Shown here: positions 26,584-37,374 of the stretch, piece after piece
How the letters are laid out: every line of letters begins with the position of its first letter
How positions within the stretch are numbered: position 1 is the first letter of the stretch
Source of the DNA: Daphnia carinata
Taxonomy: Eukaryota
Direction: 5' to 3'
NCBI RefSeq assembly: GCF_022539665.2
Contig: NC_081333.1
Span: 7,502,001-7,566,000, forward strand
Length of the DNA: 64,000 nt
Position numbers and translations under genes: made by a program
Notes under the pieces: generated by a model
The model's database searches: none
The model's input: only the letters and a program-made list of their open reading frames with translations
Told to the model about the DNA's origin: nothing

Positions 26584-29500
26584 CTGAACACGATGTCCTT
26601 TCAGCTACGATTATTAAGCGAACACAAGTCCGTATCAACAAGACTCAACATTTAACGTTAAAAGACAAAAGGGTCGTTTCCCCACGGAGGTTAGCAACTC
26701 AACATTGACATTTAGGTGGCCGTTGCTTGTAACGTTGCTCAATTGAAAGCATGCACGGGACGATCTCTGGGGCGAATGACGCTGGTTGTGACGCAAAGAG
26801 AAACGAACGAAATCCAGCAAGCAGACGTGTTCGCCGAGCATGCAACTTTGGCTTTGGCATCTTTATCTGTTATTGCGTGTCACGGTTACGCCCACCCCGC
26901 AGGCGCATTAAAGCAAATTGAAAAAAAAAGAGAATGAAAAATGGGTGGACCCTGTTCTTTAGAAAAATGTCAGTAAAAACTAAATAGATATAGTTGAAAT
27001 GCATGTTACCTTTAAAATTGGCGAAAACAAAAGGAGACAATTTTCGTTGTGCTCTCCTTGTTTGTCTATGCCGAATCCTCTCCAGATTGTTTTTGTTTCG
27101 ACTCTTATTTTCGTTTATACCAGAAAAGGGAGTGAAAAGGAGGGGGGGGGGGGGGATCGTGCTGGACAAAGAATAGGCCGGATGACACACGCTATATACT
27201 CCGTGACCTAAGCTGACGATGATATAGTGCACTGTTGTGTGGCTCGAAATAAAAAAAAAGGAAAGAAAGAAGAAACACATGAATAGCTGAAAAATCTGTG
27301 TACTGGGGGGGGGGGGGGGGGCGCTTTTATCTTTTTCAGTGAAATTGAAAAAAAAAGAAGAAAAAGATGAGGTCACCCACCACCACCACCGCACAAGTTA
27401 ATGGATGCTTTTTCTTTTGACTAATGTTCCATGAAGAGAAACTACCACGCTGCTGTTCGCAGCTATCCATCTCGTTTTCTTCATCGTTGCCATTTTTTCC
27501 CGACTCTTGCTGATGCCTACACGTCTGCTACCCTCTTTTCTTGATGACTTCCTTTCAATTTATTCTCGCTTTTTCTTTTATTTCGAGTGGACGCGTCCAA
27601 AGAGAGACTTCAAAAAGATTCTCGACCAAAGACGGTTCGAACGACGACGACCCCAAACGATTGAAAAGGCCACAGATGAAGAGAGCGCCAGTCTTGTTTT
27701 CTTCTTTTGATACACTGTACACACCCTCCTACCCTTCCGTTATTCGGGAATATTCTTCAAAAAAAAAAAAAAAAGGAGAAAGCAAAAGAAAAGAATATAC
27801 ACTCACGGATAGCCCGTTGGATTCGAGTGATTAAGGGTGGAAGGTTAATTACAAAGGATTTACTCTCATCACGAATGGCGAACGGGAAACTTGTGTACGT
27901 TCCACCAATGCTTAAAAAAAAAAAAGGGAAGGGATTCTTGATTCTTGGACAGGAAGGATTACAAAGGTGTACAGAGGCTTCGTGTGTAGAAGGATGGCAA
28001 AAGAGATGGAAAGGATAACTGGTAGAAAGCTTTTTCCTTGTAAAAATCATCGTGAGCAGCTTGTCGATGCAAGTGACGCTCGTCCCCTAACAATATAGCA
28101 TGTGTACTGACGGATGAGAATGTCCCAAGTCGAGTGGCAAATCAGTGCAAGAAAGATTACACACTAATGGTGCTCATCCATATATTTTTAATTAGGGGAC
28201 CCCCTCCCCTCCCCACCTCGGAAGTAAGTCCACACGTTAAGCGGTAGCTTAAAAGACGTATAGTTTTAAGGTTTATGTAACTATATAGTATGGTGCGACC
28301 ATTCTCTGTATCCACTTTTTGTGTAACTTTAAGTTGAATCGTGTTCAGCAGCGACGAGTCAAAGTTACAGAGGGGAAAAAAAGCTGTTAGAGACAGGTCC
28401 GGCTGCGACGACCACCAACAATTGTGAGGGGGGCTCTGTTGGTAGGGCCAGGTTCTCGCCCTGTCGGTATCATAAACCGCGTACTAGTTAGATACAACGC
28501 TGGGCTATATATATATATATATAAATATATTTTAGAACACACTTGGTACTGTGTAATAACAGTTGAACAGGATGAAGAACTGAACCTAGCTGAGAGTTGC
28601 TGCAAAGCCGACCGCCCCAAAAGTTTCAATTCAATTTGACTTGTTCAAACAAAAAGCTGCTGGACGGATAGAATTACATGAAGCAACTAGACGACGCGGA
28701 TGAAACTCCAGTCAGGCAACTGCTCTTTTTTAATCTAATTTTTTTCTCTCTTTCTTATTGTGGACGGATTCTTCAACAAAATATAGGCATTTTACATCAA
28801 GAATTCCGGATGAGTTGTTGGACCACTTTTTTTTTTTTTTTAGTATTCCGCATTGGTCTTCATTCCTCAACCGCATCCCTGATCTTTACTGTTGATCCTA
28901 CCAATTATAAAACGGAAATTTACCTTCCGGCAAGGCCTCGGCGAATCGTGCGTGACGTCAACCCTCTCTCATACTTGGCTTTCTCAATCCCGATTCCAAC
29001 CGGATCACACGAACTCATGCCGTGTACACATGAAAAAAAAAAAAAAAAATGTGAGAACATGCTAGAAGATCAGCTCGGTAAAAGATGAGGAAAACACAAG
29101 ATAGCCTTGCAAAGATTAGAGCAAGGAATGATTTAAAATGCCAACCATCACTTTCCTGTATATAAAAGAAAGCGGAAAGGTACGTTCCTTTACCGTGAAA
29201 ACATTGTACTAGACGGCAATAAAATACGCCAAAATGCGTAGTCTTAAAATGAAAAAAAAAGGAAATGACCAATGGATTTGGCCTTGCAGTTTTCCGGAAG
29301 CGATCTGGACGATTGGCTTTTCTTTTTACATCGTATTCCAACATGTGTACAATTGCTCGTGGGGCAGCAATAGAGGGGATAGACAAATATGAAACGGCCA
29401 GTTGCACTGCATTACCGCGCAATCAATTTCGGAACAAGTTGTATTAGATACACATAAATTTCCTACTGCCTAGCGTCATCGATAGAGGGGTTGTACCAGA

Positions 29501-30739
29501 GAAATGGAGATGCTTCTTAATGGTGCGGAAGCATTTCCTGGCGCGGATGCCCATAATATCATGGAGAAAAACATTAATGTTCCATTTTTTTTTCTTCTTC
29601 AAACTACTTTGACATGTGATTCAATCTCGTTTCCTCCAATTCTAGAACATATCCGATCCATCTTTTATTCAACAATTCGAAGGCTCCTGCTAGTCCAGTA
29701 ATTGAGTCACGATGATGAAGGAAAAGAAAAAGAACGTTGACGTTTTTCATTGAACATTTTCTAAAAACCCACCGTCCGGATGACATCCACCAGGTCTTCG
29801 ATGCACACTATCTAATATAATGCTATGCATATACGTAGTTGATGGTTTCTCTGACGTCTTATTGTGTACGTTTCGAATGCGGACAGGGAAAGCATGGACC
29901 TGTTTATTCGTACACGTATATTGGATTGAACTTGCAGTGTTGTTGCTATCTGCCCTAACCAGCTATACGACCGTCTCTAGAGGCAAGGGCCTATAAGATT
30001 TCTGGTGGCTGTGCAACACGGGCTGGCTTGATGTTTTGCTGGATATGTGTGGAAGGGAAATCAACAGTTTCACTGATGCCAGATTGCTTTTTTTTTCCAA
30101 AGGAATAGACGAAGAGGAGAGAGAGAGAGAGAGAGAGAGATTCGAAGGGAAAAAAAGGAAAGAGTTTTTATATGGAGACATACGAAAGCAAATCGAGTTG
30201 GATGTGATGGACCTGTTGGGTTTGCGCACGTCTCTAACAATTTCTTCCACTGCTCTGAGTTTTTTAGTCCTTTCACTCGCATCTCTCTCCTGTCTCTGCT
30301 CTCCTTTTCCCCTTCAGTCTCATTCCTCCATTTGGTTCTCACTCATCCAACCGCAGGAGACACATCACGCACGCAGCAGCTTCCAGTTTCTCCTTTTTTT
30401 TCTGCCTTCGTTTCACTATATATATTCCTCCCTTTCTGTATACAGTCGTCTTGCCGTCTATTATATATATACCCTTCAAGCCGAAAGCCGCCAAAGACCA
30501 TTAACATAATTGCGAGGGAAGCCGGGCTCGGTCATCAGGGAAACATCTAGTGATCTGCCTCAATCAGCTGCTTGTTTGCTCCCCTTTTTCTTCTTGGGCC
30601 CCCTCCTTCTCACTGTCTTGACCGCACGACTCTCGGGACTGCCGGAATCCACAGTATCTACTCAGTGGGACTTTTTTTTTTTACCCTTTTTTTTTGTTCT
30701 TATTCTTCTCCCAACACGCACAATCAAGATTAGTGCACG

Positions 30740-30742
<3 letters not shown>

Positions 30743-30814
<72 letters not shown>

Positions 30815-30826
30815 ACACACACACAC
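30743..30826 (+). repeat. (AC)n microsatellite, ~84 bp with one interruption
   Basis: Read directly; single C>G interruption at 30810. Confidence 0.97.
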
Positions 30827-33800
30827 GGGCTAGGCTTTAGTAGTATACACACGCTATACCATGTGATACGGTAGATTTTCTTTACACGAAGTCCCGCGTG
30901 AATCGTATTCCCTTCGATTGATTTGTGATGATGTCGAGGCTGTTCTTTCGTTTGCCCGGCATTCAACTGGCCAACCAACAGGAGACAAAAAAAAAAGGAG
31001 GGGCAAAAAGTTTCTAACCTATTGATGTTTAACGAGCAAGGGCGGGATGCTTCGACTGTTCGTTAGGCTGCAATTGTTTATTCGATTCACGTAAAAAAAA
31101 AAAAAAAAAAAAAAACTCTGAACAAGTCAAGTCAGCAACCCGCGACCGGTGGTTGTTTTGGCACCAGCCTTTTTTAGAACATTTTGTTTTCTTTTTCACG
31201 GAATCATGTGGACACGTTGGCTTTATTTTTTTTTATTCCTTCTTGCATCCCCTGTTTGATTTATTTTGTTTACTATTTACGCAGTAAGGAAGGTCTTGTA
31301 CTCAAATGGTAAGATATGGAAAGGGGGAGGATGTTACGTGCGATGGAAGAAAGATAAGCTGGAACCATCACCAAATGAGTTGATTCAATCTGTAAAAGCC
31401 CCAACAAATCCCATGTTTGTTTTGAAAAAGATCACGTTCGACCTGTTTACATTTAGTTCAATAAAAAAAAAACAGGGAAATACACGTGTCATTTTTACAC
31501 TTGTTTCTTGAATATACTTGGGCGTGTCCCATTCGTGAAATATGAACAAGTATCCTCTATCGATATTTATAAGAAAAAAAAGGGACATTGACGTGAGGTC
31601 CTCGCCTATCAATTGCTAAAATAGGGGAAAAAAGGAGATCCTGAGTCAGGAAGATACGAATCATGTGGACCGAAATTGTACCAAAAAAAAAAAATGGGAA
31701 CTTGATGCATGTCACGCCAACCGCCTGTAGATCGACCAAATGTGAATCAAAGGGACTATCCTCCTTGCATCTTGATACGAAAAAAAAAGGGACGGGCATT
31801 TCTCCGGAGAATTTATAGAATAAAGTGCGCACGTCCATGGCATGTATATATCTATCTAGAAAGAGAGGGAGAGAGAAACGAGAGGCAATGTGAAATGTTA
31901 GATTGCTAGTATTATACGACTATAGTGCCATTGGGTTTGCTGCTTTTTCAACTGTGCCATTGCACATACAGAGAAATGTGAAGCAATATTTTTTCTCTCC
32001 CGTCCAGGCAATCCAAGCGTGTGCCTTGTATAAGTATAATCATATGCAACAGCATCTGGCTCTGAGTCCACACAGCAGCACTCTCCCTTATTTTTATTTT
32101 ATTTCATTTTTTTTTTGTATACAGAGACACATAAGCAAGATATTGCTGCTGTGCTATGCCGCTATAAGTTATCTAGTGTATAGCGTCTTTTCGACCGCCA
32201 TCCCATCATAAATCATTCAGCCTATTCCGCAAAAGGAACCGTTCACAGGTGTTTCAAATTTTGGAGCCAACCCATTTTTTGTGAAATGTGTTTTTTTTTT
32301 TTTACCGAATGAATTATCGGTTGGATTATTATTATTACCCTGTTTTCCATTTTATAGATTACCGATGGGCTGTGCGCTTTCGTGGGTTAGGGTCTCGGAA
32401 GTCAGTGGAGACGGGCCAAAACGAAAAGACGATACGGCAACGTCTTCGTAGAAAAATATAAGTCGTGCATTTTTTGTAGATTTCTTTTTCGGGAGAAATA
32501 CGAACGTCGTAATTGTGTGATTCAGTAGAGCACTAAAGGGAAAAAAAACACATTATCTTTTGGGGGTGAGAATATAACGACAATGGGGGAGGCAGAGAAG
32601 TACGAGAAGAACACAAATGGAGTATGACATATAGGTCCATTTGCTTATATTATACGTACTATGTGATATGGCTATTTAGATATAGCATTAGCTTATACTA
32701 ATAGAAGGGCTGCCTATATATATGTAGCACTTAGTTCTATTTCTAATAAACATCCAACACTCGTAATGCTGAGTGGATATGGTGAGTCGAACGGCTCCTA
32801 ATGTATACCCCATCCAAAGCGATGGATGGTCGATCAAACCTGTTGGATCCATCCCATTTATTTTGAAGTGTGGACCTTGATGGAAAATAGAAAATGAATC
32901 GATCGATTTTGAAAAATTAAAACGAATCAAAAAGTTTCTGCAACAGTTCGATGCGATGATAGTCCCGCGTGGGTGGAGGGCGTTATGGGAACAATGTCAC
33001 AAAAACTACGAGCTCTTTTCGCTTGTCTCTTTCTCTTAAAAAGTCCGCACATATAGTGGCAATGACTGCGGGCTAGCAAAACGAGTCGACATTTATACGG
33101 CCGTGCGCAGTTCTCTATGGCTGCAGAGGGGGTTCAAGTAGTTGAACAATCAAGTCGGCCAGCAAAACACATATCCATGAACGCCAAACGGATTTATACG
33201 CCGACCGAAGACGAAAAGAAAAAGAGGAGAACGAGGGTCTTATATGTAGAAGAAGAAGACAAAAAAAAAGGGTCCTTTTGTCTCTTTTTAGCTTCTTACG
33301 CATGTCCTTTCTTTTTATTTTTACTGACGTGCGCGGGTCCTTGGCAACTTGTATAAATGGCCGTTGCCCATTTGTCTCAGGGCACTGGAGAATCCCCAAG
33401 AGCCGACTTTCACGACTTTATCCGACGACCGTGTCTGCCCTTATATGCTATATACCCCCTTCTCTCCTACACTTTGTAAGCGGAGGCACAAAGACCAGAT
33501 AGGCGGACCTACTATGCCCTTATGGAGCTATATAGCTCTGCTGTATATCTACAGCTTTTTAAGGTTTCCTCCCTACGCCCTCTTTTCGATTCTTTGTCTT
33601 TTTTCTCCCACTTTTTTTTTTTTTGTAAGGCTTGGACGGGCAGCCTTTAGATTAGTAGAATCGTATAGTGTCTATAAGGCTTGGCTGTAAACTTTGCCTG
33701 CACACACTGTACGCTCCAAAGGGAGAAGAATGGAAAGCTTCGAGTGATTGAGCATGGCAAGCGAAAAAAATAGAATAAAAATCCACAAAAAGAGGAAAGA

Positions 33801-34696
33801 GAGCAAAAAAAAAAAATTAAAGTGGAGAGTCTTCAGCTGTCAGACTAATTGTTCTAACTTGTTGGATGGCAATCCTTGTCGGTCGTTGTCAGACTAATAA
33901 CGCAGCCTTCTTTTATTTTCAGGATTTAGTTACTCGTAAATGAGTTTTTTTTTCGTTCATTCAAGATGGTTGTGATGATTGTCAAGTCCAGAGTCAAGTG
34001 CTGCAAATAGTTTAAAACTATAACAGAAAAGAAGGTTCGTTTCTGTTTGTTGATGAAAAATAAGCCGAATGTCTTTGGTATCAAGAGACTTGTTTTGTCT
34101 GCACAGTTCAACAACGAGAGCGAAACGAAGAGAACTGTTGAACCTGTTGTTTGAAAAGGAAACTCGTTTTCTTTTTTATAGATGTATACCTACACCAGGA
34201 GGCATGACAAATGTCTAGACATTTACGTACGTTTCATAGAGTATTCTTAAAAAAGATTTTCTTGTTGTTACTGCCGAAAGGGGATACGAAGGCCGCCCAC
34301 TCGACACCTTTCTTCTTCCAGGTCCATTACTCATTTTTTTCTACCTTCTCTTCTGTACCAGGAACGTTGGATATTTTAGGAAAAACTGTTTTCATTTTTT
34401 TCAACATGTATTGTGCACTCTTGCAGATTGCTTTCACTTGCCACTCTTTTTATTAAATCGTGCGCCATCATCATCAGTTGAATAGCAAAATCGTTTTTTG
34501 ACAAAGAAAAAAATGTTATGTGAAGCTATGCCGAGTAAAAGAGTTAAACGTAGGAGCGTCGTACTCGCAGGAATGAGGATCGACTTTTAGCTTTTGTGTA
34601 GGATGTATAGATTTCTGGGCTATGTAAATACAACTGCAAATGCAGCCAGTTGTTTTCGGGTTGCGCAGGATTTTGCCTTTGATCCATCAGTTCCAT

Positions 34697-34698
<2 letters not shown>

Positions 34699-34746
<48 letters not shown>

Positions 34747-34754
34747 TGTGTGTG
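34699..34754 (+). repeat. Compound microsatellite (TC)15(TG)13
   Basis: Read directly. Confidence 0.95.
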
Positions 34755-36971
34755 ACTTGGCTTGACGGACTGAAAAGGCATGTGTGTATGTGTGTGTCGA
34801 TTCGCCTGATTTCCCAAACGTTCGAAGCTCTTGTCTCACCCATCTATCTTTTGATGTCTGACCCGATTTACCCCTGACTGCATCACGGCGTCATTGCATA
34901 TACTCCTGTTCGCAGACAGTTGGGTTAGCAGCACACACACACAGACATACAAAAAAAAAAAATAGGAAGGATATGGAAAAGCAGCAACAGCAAAAATTTC
35001 TTCCCCGTCTGCCTCATTACCAGCAGTCCCGATTTTTGGAACGATTCCCAACAGAAGCGCAGCAATATCAGATCTTTTCTTCCTTCCTTTCTTCCCCATA
35101 GTACTTGTATACTTCTTTACGTCGATGTGTAACGATGGAGTGTTAAGGTGAAAAAAAAGGGCATTTTTTATTTCTCTTTCAAGTTTGAGATCTACCACTT
35201 ATCAAATCGTTTCATCTATTTTTTTTTTGTTATTGATGATAGTCAATAGTAAACATCTGTTGATTTCTAGGATTTTTCTCATCTATCGGCCACCAACGGG
35301 TATTGATATTTGAGAATTGTGTTGTTGATATTAATTTTTTTTCGATTTTGACTGGAGGAACTAGGTCTGACGTAAAAGGCGACCTTTATTTTTTTTTGCT
35401 TCCCGACTAGATAACAATGAAAAAAAAAATGGGGAAGAAGAAGGAATGGCTCTACTTTTCCCTGTCAAAAGAACAAAAGAATGAAAAGAAAGTAGCCTCT
35501 TTTTTTTTTTTTCCCTCTCCGATAGGAGATGAGGAAACCAGATTCTCAGGTTGCCTATAATTTGCAGTTGTCATTAGGACGGATGCCATGTAATGTTCAT
35601 GGGGATCGATCTGGCCTCTCCTTTGGCTCACTCTGCTGTGTGGGATCTCAGCCAACAATTCTCTCTATCCGTCTCTTGGTCTCGATCCCCCTGGTTCCAA
35701 TCTTCCCCATCTTCTTCACTCGACTTTTCTTTTTCCTCCCTGTCTTTTTATTTTTTTTTTTTCTTATCTTTTCTTCCTTCTATGAAACTTACGGGTATTT
35801 TTCCTGCTGGCTGACTTCCTTCCCCCTTCCATTACCAACCCACGGGGCTTTAGCAGGAAACGCTTGGCTAAGGAAGAGTCTCGTTCCACTTGAAAATATC
35901 ATCCTGTTGCGAATTTTGTGGCTGCTTTCCAAGATTTCTTTCTTTATGTATATATACTGTACATACAAGGTCGGAAATGTATGCACATTGCGCTCTTTGA
36001 TCTATCATCAGGTGCATTCGTTCATGTCTTCTACCCTTTTTTTTCGTGTGTGTTGTCAACTTCGAGTTTCGTGACGAGACAAACGCAATCTTCAATCAAA
36101 CGAATCTGGAGGGATACTTTGTATACATACCCCGTGAATGGAGGAGGTTCCATCAATTCCGAGACCAGTTTATTCGATATGTTTAATCTAGTTTATTCGT
36201 GTAAAGAGAAAGAGAAAGAAAACTATTTGTAAATACCAATTTACATTTAAATAGGAAAAAATGGAAAGATAGCTAAGAAATTGCAACACTGAAAATGGAC
36301 CCCCACCCCGTAATATAGTTGCCCATCTAACAGTTTTAGACTCTATGTATTCGAGTTTAACAACATTGAAGCAGATGTTACATGCACATTGGATGGTTCA
36401 CTTTCAACTCTTGCCAAATAGCCTACGAAAGTGCACTGTGTACGTTTATATTCTTTGATAGAAACAGACGCCCGGACTTAGTGTATTTGCAATGCGCATT
36501 GCGTCTTGTATTAGGCATTGATGTTACACGGGCTTTTGTCCGATACTACAAGTCGCACACACACAGACCAGAAGGGGAACGTCAAAGAATAGAGAAAGGA
36601 GAAGCCTGTTGGATCCTTGCGAATTCAACTGATGTCATTCATTTGATGAAGGCTAGACGGAGAGTTCCTTCTATTCATCGAATCAGTTGCTGTTCAATCG
36701 AGCGGCCTCCTTTTTTTTCGCTAGCGCGTCTGTGCAGGTTGTTGAGAATACGCGTTATCGACGAAGAGGCCTGAAAAGTCAAGCTAGACATAAAAAGAAT
36801 ACGTGATATATCTCTAACGAAATAAATCTTTTCTATGGAACACCATTTGACCCACTTTTTTTTTTTATAGACGACTTCTTTTCTCCGGTTTGCCATTCAT
36901 TTGATGAATGTTATGGAAATCCTGCATCACCATTAAGTAGCAATCTACCTTCCATTAATTAAGGCTTGCTT

Positions 36972-37374
36972 GAGAATTATAGTTTAAGAACTATTCAAAT
37001 TGAAAGGGGTTTCGCTAATAGCACTATACCTCCATTTTGGTTAAATAATCGCTTAATTGAAGGAAAACTACTATTTTATTCGTAATCAGCGTTTAATTTT
37101 GATTATAACAGGTGTGGTTTCATCAAAGTCCAAATCAAAATAAAATTCCAACATTTTTGATAAAAAGTCGGGCTTAAAACGTCGGGCTTAAAAAGTCGGG
37201 CTTAAAACGTCGGGCTTAAAAAGTCGGGCTTAAATTCGAGCATATTCGCTAAAACATAAATATAGCCAACTATGCACGATTCCGATGTAAAATCAATCGA
37301 GAATCCCAAAAATCGAATTTGTTTTACGATGGGACTTATAGTTTTTGAGTGATTTAAATTCAAAGTGGTTGCGC
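36972..37374 (+). mobile_element. Putative non-autonomous DNA-transposon remnant (copy B of an unassigned repeat family)
   Basis: AT-rich segment containing the 14-bp array, a ~44 bp internal direct repeat (36972-37015 vs 37331-37374) and a ~150 bp block homologous to the reverse complement of 26430-26583. No transposase, paired TIRs or target-site duplication were identified. Confidence 0.5.
37163..37232 (+). repeat. 14-bp tandem array, five copies alternating AAAAGTCGGGCTTA / AAACGTCGGGCTTA (28-bp higher-order unit)
   Basis: Units read directly at 37163, 37177, 37191, 37205 and 37219, followed by a degenerate AATTCGAGCATA. Confidence 0.95.

Noticed and set aside
31558..31565. DRE motif TATCGATA
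   Set aside because: Isolated 8-mer with no adjacent gene start.
33117..33356. 79-aa ORF MAAEGVQVVEQ... with a protein-like start
   Set aside because: No recognisable domain or splice support; composition is driven by A-rich tracts.
35529..36074. 181-aa hydrophobic ORF resembling a membrane protein
   Set aside because: Hydrophobicity comes from T/C homopolymer tracts; no family signature.
37163..37232. Tandem repeat as a CRISPR array or telomeric repeat
   Set aside because: No unique spacers, a eukaryotic context, and the 14-bp unit is not the arthropod TTAGG repeat.
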